Positions 20,123 through 30,198 of a stretch of 64,000 nt of DNA are shown piece after piece. Every line of letters starts with the position of its first letter. Within the stretch, counting starts at the first letter, position 1. A program made the position numbers and the translations under genes. Below the pieces are notes generated by a model. The model saw only the letters and a list, made by a program, of their open reading frames with translations, ran no database searches and had not been told where the DNA came from. Origin of the DNA: an uncultured bacterium (GTDB taxonomy: Bacteria > Patescibacteriota > Microgenomatia > Levybacterales > UBA12049); the NCBI GenBank assembly GCA_963826535.1, contig CAWGXL010000008.1, positions 2,679 through 66,678 on the forward strand, in the 5' to 3' direction.

Positions 20123-20734
20123 ATGGTTAAACACTATAGGAAATATATTGAAGTGAGTTATAAAATCTGCCAATTTAAGTGGCAAAAAAGAAGTGATGGT
20201 ATTAAAGAGTGGAATGGTAAATGTAAAAAATGTAGATACGTTGACAGATTTACGGACGCTGCTAAGATTCAAATATCAAAAGCACTAATTGGCAGATTTA
20301 CAGGCAGAAATCACCCTAATTGGGTAGAGCCAAAACTTTGTATTGACTGCCATATCCCGTTATCTAAAAAGTCAGGAAAAGATAAACGGCCAGTGAGATG
20401 TAAAAAATGTTTTGATGTTTTTAATAGAAAAGAAAACCATTGGAATTGGCAAAACGGATTATCAAATGAAAATCATTTAATAAGAAATTCAGTGAAGTAT
20501 AAGGGTTGGGCTAAGGCAGTTAAAGAAAGGGATAATTATACTTGCGTGATATGCAATAAAAAAGGAGGTGAATTACATTCCGACCACATTCAACCCTTTT
20601 CGCTATATCCCGATTTACGATTTGAAATATCAAACGGTAGAACACTATGTAAACCTTGTCACCAAAATTATGGATGGAACTTATTTAAAGAAAACAATCC
20701 GAGAAAACCTGTACAACTAAAACAAACCGGATAA
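20123..20734 (+). CDS. HNH homing endonuclease
   Basis: C-terminal CVICNKKGGELHSDHIQPFS...NGRTLCKPCH HNH motif plus several CxxC pairs. Confidence 0.65.
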   Translation: MVKHYRKYIEVSYKICQFKWQKRSDGIKEWNGKCKKCRYVDRFTDAAKIQISKALIGRFTGRNHPNWVEPKLCIDCHIPLSKKSGKDKRPVRCKKCFDVFNRKENHWNWQNGLSNENHLIRNSVKYKGWAKAVKERDNYTCVICNKKGGELHSDHIQPFSLYPDLRFEISNGRTLCKPCHQNYGWNLFKENNPRKPVQLKQTG

Positions 20735-20748
20735 AAAAATAAAAATAT

Positions 20749-21192
20749 ATGAAAAAGATACTTTTAGCAGCAATGATTTTAGTAAGTGTAAACTCTTTTG
20801 CTCAAATAGATTCCGGTAAAATAAAAACCTCTATATCGCTCCAGGTAAGAGACTGGCTTTACCTCAACAGTTTTCTTGCCACTTCTTCAGACGAGTTTGA
20901 AAATGTTTATGATTCTATGAAAGTAAAGTTAAGGGTAGCGGTTGCGCCAAATTTAACCACAGTAATCAAAGTGGATTCTGTCAGGCAGAACCAAATAGTA
21001 AGGCTTGCACAACTACTAAAAGGTTCAGAATATGGGGTGGTGGCAATCCCTTATACACGGATAAATACCGCGCTTAAATCAAACGCTTATCTAACGCAAA
21101 AGATTGATGATATGGATGCCACATATACGGCTCAATACAATCAGCGGGTGCAGGGTGAATTGGATAAATTAAGAAAGGTATTACAACAATAA
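20749..21192 (+). CDS. secreted hypothetical protein
   Basis: Signal peptide MKKILLAAMILVSVNSFAQ. Confidence 0.4.
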   Translation: MKKILLAAMILVSVNSFAQIDSGKIKTSISLQVRDWLYLNSFLATSSDEFENVYDSMKVKLRVAVAPNLTTVIKVDSVRQNQIVRLAQLLKGSEYGVVAIPYTRINTALKSNAYLTQKIDDMDATYTAQYNQRVQGELDKLRKVLQQ

Positions 21193-21206
21193 AAAATGAG
21201 CAATGA

Positions 21207-23648
21207 ATGGTTTTGACGAAAAAAACAATATTAGGTTTTGCATGGTTATTCATAATAATAACTCTTATACTCTTTGCTATACCTGCAAGAGCAATTGATT
21301 ATTACATTAGTTCTTCGGGAAGCGATATCAACAACGGTACTTCAACATCAACACCATGGGCTTCCATAGCGAAACTAAATAGCTTTTTTTCAAGTCTTCA
21401 ACCAGGTGACAACGTTTACTTCAAAAGAGGTGAAACATTCTACGGAACAATAACGGTAAATAAATCCGGTACTTCAAGTGCGCCTATTACTATTGGCGCT
21501 TATAGTACAGGGAACAGACCTCTCATTTCATCACTGATAACCGTATCAGGGTGGACAGCAGACCCAACATATACAGGTGTATATAGGAGTGCCATTAACT
21601 CAGCATTACCTTCTACTACAGTTAATATAGTATTAAGGAATGGACTGCAGGAGCCTATAGGCAGGTTCCCAAACCGTGACTATCCAACACCTCTTACAAA
21701 AGGATGGTTATCGTTAACCGGCCCAATAAACGGCTATACATCTATTACTCATTCACCAAGTGCCTCCGTTGCAGACTGGACGGGTGCAGAGCTTGTATTA
21801 AAAAGGGTGGCATGGATCATAGATAGAAATCCTATTACATCTCATTCGGGTAATATTATTACTTATTCTACAGCTCATTATTCAACCTCTAAATACGCAC
21901 CACTCTCTGGCTGGGGCTACTTTTTTCAATCTCATCCGCGAACCCTTGATCAATTAGGAGAATGGTATTATGATAAAGCTACAAAGCAGTTAAGTATGTA
22001 TTTCGGTAGCGGTGGAGTAGGCTCAAACGTTGTTCAGGTAGCAGCACTTCAACAGGTGATTTACAATGCCGGTTTTGATTATATAACATTCCAGGATTTA
22101 AACTTAGAAGCAGCTAATGACCAGGTAATTTATTTGTTTGGCACTTCAGGTAACAGGATTATAAATAATAAGATCATAGGTTGTAATGTACAATATGGTG
22201 GAGCTTATGGAATAAGAGCACCGGGTACTACAGGGCTTCTAATAGAAAATTGTTCTGTTAACAATCACAATAATAGTGGTATTGAACTTTCACCACAGGC
22301 AGCACAAGGGAGTATCAACTCTATAATAAGAAATTGTGAAGTAAGAGACATTCAACAAATAGTTGGTATGGGATTAAGTGGTGATGGACAAGGTAGGTCA
22401 ATTGGTAACTCAGACGGTGGACTCATTGAATATTGTACAATTATTAATTCCGGTTATATAGGTGTGCAAATTGGTGGCAACAATTCAATAGTTGATTATA
22501 ATTTAATTGATAGTATCGGTAATACAAAAGATGATGGTGGAGCAATTTATGAATCATCCAGTACATCAACACTAAACACAGGTAGAAAAGTGCGAAACAA
22601 TATCATATTACATGGTATTGGTGCCCCGGATGGGACGCTTAATAGTGCCGGCGGATTACAGGTAAACAAAAGCGTCAAAGGTATTTATATGGATGACTAT
22701 GCGAGTGGTACAGAGATAAGCGGTAATACTGTTGCATACTATCAATATGGGCTATTCTCACATAGCGGAAGAAATAACACCTGGTATAATAACACACTTT
22801 ACGGTAATGGTACAGGTAGCCCGGAGGGAGCCGGTTTATATTTTCAGCAAAATACAAATGATGTATCAAGGGGTAATGTCTTTAAGAAAAACATTGTATT
22901 TGCAACTACAAATTCAAGTGGTCAGGAAAATATACTTACTATGTTCACGGAATTTAACGATATAAATCTATTGGGTATTATAGACAGTAATTATTATGTC
23001 AGGCCACTTGATAGCAACCTGATTATTAAGATCACCCGTACGGGTTCGGCTATTGCTTATTATAATTTAACTCAGTGGAGAAACGCTACCATATATGATA
23101 ATAATACTTCCAAATCACCTCTATCATATCCGAGGCTTACAGCGCCTTCAACAATATTTAGATTTGAATATAATGCAACTAATTCACCTGTAACAATAAG
23201 CGGCTTTGGTGGATTCTATTGGTTGGATGGAAAAGGTACCCAATATTCACAGTCATTACTTTTACAACCTTATTCTTCAGTCGCTCTAATGAAAGGCGCA
23301 GTAGATGGCAGTAGTTCTAATATTGCGCCAACAGTAAGTATAATAAGCCCTTCCAGCGGTGCAGGTTATACGGCTCCTGGTACTGTGGTTATAGATGTTA
23401 CCGCAGGAGATGCAGATGGAACAATAGACCACATTGATTTTTATAGCGGAGGTACATTAATTGGCACTGATAATACTTCACCATACTCTTTTACGTGGAC
23501 ACCTGTTGGAGCGGGTAATTATTCATTAACAGCAGTAGCAATCGATAATGATGGCGGTATCACTACATCATCTTCAAAATCAATTACAGTAGCTAATCTT
23601 TCAAATCCGGTAATAGAAATTAAGATAAGAAAAAAACTTAAAGTATGA
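21207..23648 (+). CDS. right-handed beta-helix (pectate-lyase fold) protein with a C-terminal Ig-like domain; tailspike / polysaccharide depolymerase candidate
   Basis: N-terminal YYISSSGSD...TPWASIAKLNSFFSSLQPGDNVYFKRGETFYG, repeated ...IGGNN...NxI turns, and a C-terminal Ig-like segment. Confidence 0.6.
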   Translation: MVLTKKTILGFAWLFIIITLILFAIPARAIDYYISSSGSDINNGTSTSTPWASIAKLNSFFSSLQPGDNVYFKRGETFYGTITVNKSGTSSAPITIGAYSTGNRPLISSLITVSGWTADPTYTGVYRSAINSALPSTTVNIVLRNGLQEPIGRFPNRDYPTPLTKGWLSLTGPINGYTSITHSPSASVADWTGAELVLKRVAWIIDRNPITSHSGNIITYSTAHYSTSKYAPLSGWGYFFQSHPRTLDQLGEWYYDKATKQLSMYFGSGGVGSNVVQVAALQQVIYNAGFDYITFQDLNLEAANDQVIYLFGTSGNRIINNKIIGCNVQYGGAYGIRAPGTTGLLIENCSVNNHNNSGIELSPQAAQGSINSIIRNCEVRDIQQIVGMGLSGDGQGRSIGNSDGGLIEYCTIINSGYIGVQIGGNNSIVDYNLIDSIGNTKDDGGAIYESSSTSTLNTGRKVRNNIILHGIGAPDGTLNSAGGLQVNKSVKGIYMDDYASGTEISGNTVAYYQYGLFSHSGRNNTWYNNTLYGNGTGSPEGAGLYFQQNTNDVSRGNVFKKNIVFATTNSSGQENILTMFTEFNDINLLGIIDSNYYVRPLDSNLIIKITRTGSAIAYYNLTQWRNATIYDNNTSKSPLSYPRLTAPSTIFRFEYNATNSPVTISGFGGFYWLDGKGTQYSQSLLLQPYSSVALMKGAVDGSSSNIAPTVSIISPSSGAGYTAPGTVVIDVTAGDADGTIDHIDFYSGGTLIGTDNTSPYSFTWTPVGAGNYSLTAVAIDNDGGITTSSSKSITVANLSNPVIEIKIRKKLKV

Positions 23649-26491
23649 AATACCTGTTAACGATATTAATATTTATTTCATGCAATCAGTCTGAACCAAA
23701 AGTCACTACAAGAAGTACAACAGCATCAACAACAGGCAGAACTTTTTACATTTCTGAAAGTGGTAATGATGGAGGAAGCGGTACCATTAATTCACCATGG
23801 AGAACGATAAATAAACTAAACTCTTATTTCGGTAGCCTTCAGGCCGGTGATGTAGTATTATTTAGAAGAGGTGAAACATTTTACGGAACAATCACAGTAA
23901 ACAAATCGGGCACTTCAGGCAATCCTATTGTTATTAGCGATTACGGTGAAGGCGCAAAGCCTGTTATAACTTCCCTTGTTACACTTTCAGGATGGAATAA
24001 TGCAGGCAATGGTGTCTATGAAAGTGCCTCTAATTCTTCGTTTGATGCAGCCGTAAATGTGGTCCTTTTGAATGGTGTTATAAAAGGTATTGGCCGTTAT
24101 CCAAATGACACTTATTTGTATCTGGAAAGTCATGTAAGCAATACTTCCATAACAGATAATCAATTACCTTCTTCTCCAAATTGGACGGGAGCCGACGTTA
24201 TCATAAGAACTTCACGATGGACACTTGACAAAGGGAAAATAACAAATCATTCAGGGACCCGGATTACTTATACTCCCACACCTAACACTTACACACCGGT
24301 AAATAATTATGGGTACTTTATTCAGAATAATATTAAGACACTTGATCAGTTAGGGGAGTGGTATTACAATCCTTCAACGAAAAGGATTTATATGTATTTC
24401 GGGAGTAATAATCCGTCATCCTATAATGTGCAGGCCGCTTCATCTGATAACCTTGTTTACTCATCAAACAGAAGCTATGTGGGATTTGAAAATATAGAGT
24501 TCAAAGGAGCTAACGGTAACAATATAAATATTGTTGGTGGGGTAAATAATTTTATGACTAATTGTGATGTTGACTTTTCAGGCAAAGACGGACTAAACGT
24601 AACAGGCAGTTATTTTAAGTTAGAAAATTCAACGGTAATTAACTCGCTTAACAATGGTGTTCATGTTGGTAACTGCTATGCTTCACAAGTAAGAAATAAC
24701 CTGATAAAAAATAATTATTTCATTGCAGGTATGGGCGGAAGCGGAAATGGGCAAGGAGCAGGTGTAAGAAATAGTACAAACGGACTTGTAGAATATAATC
24801 AAATTATCAATTCAGGTTATATAGGTGTGCAACTTGGCGGCAATAATGCAATAGTTAAAAACAATCTTATTGACAGTTTTTGCTTTGTCAAAGATGATGG
24901 TGCAGCCGTATATACTTCTAATGGTGAGAATAATACATACACAGGAAGAAAGATAATAGGCAACATTATTTTAAATGCTATAGGTGCGCCAGCTGGCACT
25001 CCTTCAACAGCATATTCAGCGGAGGGTATTTACATGGATGATAATGTTAACGGGGTTGAAATTTCCGGTAACACTATTGCTAATTGTAACAGGGGTATAT
25101 TTCTTCATAATACCAAAAGTATAGGTGTAAAAGATAATACTGTTTTTTCAAATATAAATGGGCAGCTGTTTATGAAACATGATGCTTTAGGGGTTGCCCT
25201 CAGAGATCATATAATTACAAACAATATATTTTTTGCAAAGCAGTTGACGCAAAATGTAGCATCATTTATAACGAAGGATAATGATATCGCTCACATCGGA
25301 GATTTAGATAATAATTACTATGTACGTCCAATAAATGATAGGGTTACTTTTTATTCAACAATTTACTATTTAGCATCGGCGCAAGTTGTCAATTATATGG
25401 ATTTGGAAGCATGGAAAAGTAAGTACCCACATGATGAAGGTAGCAACATTTCCAGCAAATCAATTTCACCTTACAAACTTATCGGTTTGATAGGATCAAG
25501 CAAGTTTGCAAATAGCAGTTTCAATTCAAACGTATCAGGTGTTTTTGCAAATAAATGTGCTGTCTCATGGAGTAATTCAAATATGGATGGAGGCCATTTA
25601 AAAGTAGTTCCATCCGGTGAAGGATCAACAATTGTTATGAGTATTGGTGGGCTTACTTCCGGTAAAAGGTATATATTAAGGTATAGTGCGAAAAGCACAG
25701 CTACAATGAGCATAGCAGCCAATTTACGGGCAGCTAATTATATTCCTAACACCTTGCTTATGAGACGCACAATTTCTCCTAACAGATCTGAAAATGAGAT
25801 TTTATTTCAACCGTTTACAAATGAATCAAGTGCTGCACTTGTATTCACGGCAGCAGAAAGAGCAACCTATTATTTAGACAACATTCAACTCTATGAAGCA
25901 AACGCAACAGTAACCGACGTAGAAGATTCTATACGGTTTGAATACAATGCATCAACTAATACAAAATTGATTACACTGGATGGAAAATATACCGACGTTA
26001 AAAATAATATTTATGATCAGGGGATAACATTACAACCTTATTCATCAGCTGTACTAATAAAAGTAGGTGCGGGTATTATTAATCCTCCTATAGAATATGA
26101 ATCAGGAATATTAGAATCTGAAAATGCTGTTTTATATAATGCTGTTGTTGCATCAAATCATGCAGGCTTTACAGGAACAGGCTTTGCGGATTACATAAAT
26201 ACTACAGGTGATTTCGTAGAGTTCACGCTAAACAAAAAAAATACCGGATCGGCTTCACTTAGTTTTCGGTATGCTAATGGCGGATCTGCTAATCGTCCGT
26301 TAAGATTGGAAATTAATGGTATGATTAAAGCCGATGGACTTGCTTTTCCGCCGACAGGAGGTTGGGCTAAATGGTCAACAACAATACTGCCGGCAAACCT
26401 CAATGCAGGTGATAATAAAATAAGATTAACGGCTATCGGTAGCAGCGCGGGGAATATAGATCATTTGGCATGGGAGGACTTAAAGCCATGA
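23645..26491 (+). CDS. paralogous beta-helix protein with a C-terminal CBM6/CBM35-like carbohydrate-binding module (lipoprotein-type signal)
   Basis: N-terminal 60 aa nearly identical in pattern to the 21207 product; C-terminal GFTGTGFADY...SFRYANGGS...RPLRLEINGM...GGWAKW...DHLAW. Confidence 0.6.
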   Translation: MKYLLTILIFISCNQSEPKVTTRSTTASTTGRTFYISESGNDGGSGTINSPWRTINKLNSYFGSLQAGDVVLFRRGETFYGTITVNKSGTSGNPIVISDYGEGAKPVITSLVTLSGWNNAGNGVYESASNSSFDAAVNVVLLNGVIKGIGRYPNDTYLYLESHVSNTSITDNQLPSSPNWTGADVIIRTSRWTLDKGKITNHSGTRITYTPTPNTYTPVNNYGYFIQNNIKTLDQLGEWYYNPSTKRIYMYFGSNNPSSYNVQAASSDNLVYSSNRSYVGFENIEFKGANGNNINIVGGVNNFMTNCDVDFSGKDGLNVTGSYFKLENSTVINSLNNGVHVGNCYASQVRNNLIKNNYFIAGMGGSGNGQGAGVRNSTNGLVEYNQIINSGYIGVQLGGNNAIVKNNLIDSFCFVKDDGAAVYTSNGENNTYTGRKIIGNIILNAIGAPAGTPSTAYSAEGIYMDDNVNGVEISGNTIANCNRGIFLHNTKSIGVKDNTVFSNINGQLFMKHDALGVALRDHIITNNIFFAKQLTQNVASFITKDNDIAHIGDLDNNYYVRPINDRVTFYSTIYYLASAQVVNYMDLEAWKSKYPHDEGSNISSKSISPYKLIGLIGSSKFANSSFNSNVSGVFANKCAVSWSNSNMDGGHLKVVPSGEGSTIVMSIGGLTSGKRYILRYSAKSTATMSIAANLRAANYIPNTLLMRRTISPNRSENEILFQPFTNESSAALVFTAAERATYYLDNIQLYEANATVTDVEDSIRFEYNASTNTKLITLDGKYTDVKNNIYDQGITLQPYSSAVLIKVGAGIINPPIEYESGILESENAVLYNAVVASNHAGFTGTGFADYINTTGDFVEFTLNKKNTGSASLSFRYANGGSANRPLRLEINGMIKADGLAFPPTGGWAKWSTTILPANLNAGDNKIRLTAIGSSAGNIDHLAWEDLKP

Positions 26492-26787
26492 CAACAGTCA
26501 AACAAATAAATATTGACAAAAAGGAGAAACGGGTTACAAGGCAACAATACCGGGATGATGAACTACTAATAATTCTGAATCATCTAAAAGACGGGAAAGG
26601 ATTAAAAGAAATCGCTGCCTTAATGTTTCTAAGCGTTAATACTCTTTATGGCAAAGTTGAGCTTTTAAAATTTGACTGGGATGCAAGAAATTTAACGCAC
26701 CTGGTCGCACTTGGTTATCAAAAACGATATTTAAAAGTAGAAAATATTGAACATAAAAATAAAATTATTGAGGACTTGAAACCATGA
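26488..26787 (+). CDS. LuxR/GerE-family helix-turn-helix protein
   Basis: DDELLIILNHLKDGKGLKEIAALMFLSVNTLYGKVELLKFK matches the LuxR HTH pattern (rEleVL...G.snkeIA..L.iS..TV); ATGA overlap with the upstream stop. Confidence 0.5.
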   Translation: MTTVKQINIDKKEKRVTRQQYRDDELLIILNHLKDGKGLKEIAALMFLSVNTLYGKVELLKFDWDARNLTHLVALGYQKRYLKVENIEHKNKIIEDLKP

Positions 26788-27269
26788 TAGATATATCACA
26801 AATAAAATTATTGGCTATTGATGATGATGAAGGTATTATAGAAATACTTGAGCTTATGTTTAGTATGCATAAGGATGTCATTCCACAATATGAACTTTTT
26901 ACAGACGTAAGTAAGTTTATCTCGGCATTAAAACCTAATGTACACATTTGTATAGTAGATTATTTTTTGCACAGGCAAAACGGTCTTTCGCTAATTCAGC
27001 AGGTACTTAAAACTAATCCTTATTGCTGGTTTATTATGTTTTCAGGACAAAAAGATTTACAAGTTATTATAGACTTTATGAACAACACACATGGCAGCAG
27101 GTATATCGAAAAAGGCTCACAAGATTTTATGGATAAAATGCTTACTTATATAAAAGATATTGTTAGTAGGATAACTAAAATTGAATCACTTTTTTTTGAA
27201 TCATATCAAAATAGAAAAGCACTTAAAGAATTAAATATTACACTTACCAATTTAAAGGAGAATTTATAG
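26784..27269 (+). CDS. stand-alone response-regulator receiver (CheY-like REC) domain protein
   Basis: Aligns to CheY by eye: LLAIDDDEG (DD pair), ICIVDYFL (phospho-Asp), FIMFSGQKD (Thr/Ser), IEKG (Lys). Confidence 0.6.
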   Translation: MIDISQIKLLAIDDDEGIIEILELMFSMHKDVIPQYELFTDVSKFISALKPNVHICIVDYFLHRQNGLSLIQQVLKTNPYCWFIMFSGQKDLQVIIDFMNNTHGSRYIEKGSQDFMDKMLTYIKDIVSRITKIESLFFESYQNRKALKELNITLTNLKENL

Positions 27270-27805
27270 TGGAAAATTTAACAGACATTATTTCATATCT
27301 GGTAGGTGCAGGAGGAGTTATACTTTTTGTACTTGCATGGATAAGATTCAGGCATAGAGATAGTGCCGCTACGAATAAGATAAATGCCGAATCACTGAAA
27401 GTAAAGGCTGAAGCACAGGAAATACGAGCAAAAGCCGATGTATTAATTACAGACGGCGCACTAAGGATTGTTGATAGATTATCAGCGGATTTGGATGAAG
27501 CAAGAGACGAGATTGAAAAATTATTAAAAGTATCTGCTAAAATATCAGAACTATATGAAAAGTCTAAAATAGACCATAAAAAAGAAATTGAAGGATTAAA
27601 TCACCAATTAAAATACTCTAAAGATTTACTTGAAACTAAGAAACGGCATTGTATTGATACAAGAGCAAGAGTTAAACAATTACAAGATTTGCTAAAACTA
27701 AAGCAGGAAGGATTAACACAAGTACAGTTAGAGGAATTTATTTCAAAATTGAATGAGTTAATTAATTCTGCTCCATTAATAACACCAACAAATCTAAGTA
27801 GCTAA
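27269..27805 (+). CDS. membrane-anchored coiled-coil protein (i-spanin-like topology)
   Basis: N-terminal TM YLVGAGGVILFVLAWI followed by a long charged helical region. Confidence 0.35.
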   Translation: MENLTDIISYLVGAGGVILFVLAWIRFRHRDSAATNKINAESLKVKAEAQEIRAKADVLITDGALRIVDRLSADLDEARDEIEKLLKVSAKISELYEKSKIDHKKEIEGLNHQLKYSKDLLETKKRHCIDTRARVKQLQDLLKLKQEGLTQVQLEEFISKLNELINSAPLITPTNLSS

Positions 27806-27806
27806 A

Positions 27807-28115
27807 ATGGCTGAAAGTAATAGCATAGAAGAAATAAAAACAAGGCTGGAGGTTCAGACTGTAGTTAAACAGGAGCTTGCTGGTATGCTTAGACAAAACT
27901 CTCGCAGACAGTTAATACAATCTATTCTCACAGCTATGTGTACAGTAGCAACTATTATAGTTTTCATTTTCTACTTCACCCGTCCTACAAAGACAGATAT
28001 ATTAGTATTTAAGCAAATTCAAAGGGAAAGAATGTTGCTAAGAGCAGAACGGGATAGTATGTTAAAAGAAAAAGAAAATCTGCAAAGATTACAAATGAGA
28101 AAGAAGGGCTTTTAA
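27807..28115 (+). CDS. small coiled-coil protein with one TM segment
   Basis: ILTAMCTVATIIVFIFYF. Confidence 0.3.
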   Translation: MAESNSIEEIKTRLEVQTVVKQELAGMLRQNSRRQLIQSILTAMCTVATIIVFIFYFTRPTKTDILVFKQIQRERMLLRAERDSMLKEKENLQRLQMRKKGF

Positions 28116-28146
28116 AAACCTATGAAACCAATTAAAATCCATATCA

Positions 28147-28899
28147 ATGAAACACTTATTATTAATTATTGTTTTGTTTTCGTGTTCGAAAACAGAATTA
28201 CCAAAAACTGAAATTGAAGGTAAATTGACAATTAATGCACCAAAAAACCGAGGGTTAAGAGCACCAGACATGAGCATACTTGGGGATGAGAGTTGGTGGC
28301 CCATTAGTCATGGTGCTTTTCAATTCATAGAAACGTATTGGAAAGAAGTTAAGTTAGGCGACTACCTGAATGATGTGTACAAGATTCAACCAGGCATGAA
28401 GTTAATAATGAAAACAAATTGCCCTATTGTTAATATGCCTGAAATGCAAAAAGGACGGCCGAAACAAACTTGCGATTATGCATGGATAATTAACAAACAA
28501 ACACAATGCTACCAAGATACAGTTAATAACGAAAATGAATGTGGAAGCATGTTAGCAGTTGAGGTGACAAGAAACGATACATTAGTAGGCTTTATAGAAA
28601 AAACTACATATCGGTTTTTATCGGATTGTCATGCAGATCATATTCCCTGTGTCACTTGCCCTGACTTAGATAGAAAAATTTTTATGATTCAGCCGGCCTG
28701 GTCAGTAGATTTCTATTTTCTCTATACAGATATAACGGACCTTATACCACTAACCGGAACCAGTGAAATAGTTGTTACTCCGACTGTTAATTTCAGGCGT
28801 ATATGGATAGAACAGAATTACAATAATAATTCTTTGGACATTCCTATTACATTATTACCGGATGCACCATATGCAAGATTTACAAATCAGGCTTTATAA
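28147..28899 (+). CDS. Cys-rich lipoprotein
   Basis: Lipobox LFSC after the signal peptide; many Cys residues. Confidence 0.45.
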   Translation: MKHLLLIIVLFSCSKTELPKTEIEGKLTINAPKNRGLRAPDMSILGDESWWPISHGAFQFIETYWKEVKLGDYLNDVYKIQPGMKLIMKTNCPIVNMPEMQKGRPKQTCDYAWIINKQTQCYQDTVNNENECGSMLAVEVTRNDTLVGFIEKTTYRFLSDCHADHIPCVTCPDLDRKIFMIQPAWSVDFYFLYTDITDLIPLTGTSEIVVTPTVNFRRIWIEQNYNNNSLDIPITLLPDAPYARFTNQAL

Positions 28900-29245
28900 A
28901 TTAAGTAACCAATTAAAAATTAAAATTATGACACAAGAAGCGCAAACAGTTCCTCCTAAAGGGCTTTACACTTTACAAGTAAGCGACTTTGTAAAAGGGT
29001 TAGGATTTGTTTTATTCGGCAATTTAGCAGCAGCTTTAATTTTTTTAATTCGTCAAGACCATTGGCCTTCCTGGGTTGAATGGCAACCTTATGCCGAAAG
29101 TGCATTAACTGTGTTTTTAGCATATATAGGGAAAAACTTTTTCACTAATAATGTAGGTGAAGTTTTCACACAGGATAAGCCTGTAGTGAAGGTTGATATC
29201 GAAACCTTAGACAACCTAAAGCAAAAAGCACAAAACAACAATTGA
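28862..29245 (+). CDS. holin-like small membrane protein
   Basis: Two hydrophobic helices (GLGFVLFGNLAAALIFLI and ALTVFLAYIG) located upstream of the endolysin; the start may be the internal Met at 28928. Confidence 0.35.
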   Translation: MHHMQDLQIRLYKLSNQLKIKIMTQEAQTVPPKGLYTLQVSDFVKGLGFVLFGNLAAALIFLIRQDHWPSWVEWQPYAESALTVFLAYIGKNFFTNNVGEVFTQDKPVVKVDIETLDNLKQKAQNNN

Positions 29246-29345
29246 ATAATAACGAAAAAATCTCAACTGCACTGGTGTTATTAGGATTGATTGGCCTTGC
29301 AATAATATTTCTTTATTTATTAATCTATTATTAAAAATTAAAACT

Positions 29346-29810
29346 ATGTCGTTAAAATCATTCTTAAAAAGTATTGGCACTTTCTTTAAAAAGATTTTCA
29401 ATGGGTTAACTCCTATAGCTAAAGAGGCTATACATATTGGAGTTATCATAACCGAAAACTTAAAAAAATTTGTTGAAAGTGGTACAGCCGATGTACTTAC
29501 ATCTATAATCCCCGGCGATCTTGACGATAAAATAAAAGAAAGATTGCGTAAAGAGCTTCCTGTAATTCTTGTTAAGTTAAAGCTTGCCGAACAATGCAGC
29601 AATGAAACCGAACCGGATAAACTTGTGTTGTGCGCAATTAAAGTTTTGCAATCTATTGAGGGAGATTTCAAAAAAGATTTCTATGATGCCTTAGCTGTCC
29701 AGATAGGGCTTGTTTATGCCGATGGAAAAGTAACATGGGATGAACTAAAATATGTTATTAAATGGTTCTACGATAATAAATTTAAGCCAGAAACTTCAAA
29801 TAATGACTAA
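29346..29810 (+). CDS. hypothetical protein in the lysis region
   Basis: ORF between the holin-like gene and the endolysin. Confidence 0.35.
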   Translation: MSLKSFLKSIGTFFKKIFNGLTPIAKEAIHIGVIITENLKKFVESGTADVLTSIIPGDLDDKIKERLRKELPVILVKLKLAEQCSNETEPDKLVLCAIKVLQSIEGDFKKDFYDALAVQIGLVYADGKVTWDELKYVIKWFYDNKFKPETSNND

Positions 29811-30198
29811 ACTTATAAATACTCAGCTTACAAAAAGCTTTCATCTTATTGAATTTATTTGCAAAGATGGAACTTTTGTTCCTGAAGAGTACTATATTAA
29901 CGTCATAACTGTTGCGAATCAACTTCAAATTTTAAGAGATTATTTAGGCGAGCCGATACATATTCTTTCTGCTTATCGTACACCTTCGCATAATAAAAAG
30001 ATAGGAGGCAAACCAAAGAGCCAACATCTTACAGCAAGTGCAGCTGATATAATTGTTAAAAGCAAATCACCAAAACAATTAGCCGCTATTGTAGAAAAAT
30101 TAATAAGTGAAAAGAAATTAAAGTTTGGTGGAATGGGTGTTTATAAATCGTTCATTCATGTTGATATTAGGAAAAATAAAGCAAGATGGGAAGGATAA
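29752..30198 (+). CDS. endolysin, peptidase M15 (Peptidase_M15_3 / L-Ala-D-Glu or D-Ala-D-Ala peptidase fold)
   Basis: SAYRTPSHNKKIGGKPKSQHLTASAADI ... FIHVDIRK zinc-peptidase motifs; the likely start is the Met at 29809. Confidence 0.65.
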   Translation: MLLNGSTIINLSQKLQIMTKLINTQLTKSFHLIEFICKDGTFVPEEYYINVITVANQLQILRDYLGEPIHILSAYRTPSHNKKIGGKPKSQHLTASAADIIVKSKSPKQLAAIVEKLISEKKLKFGGMGVYKSFIHVDIRKNKARWEG

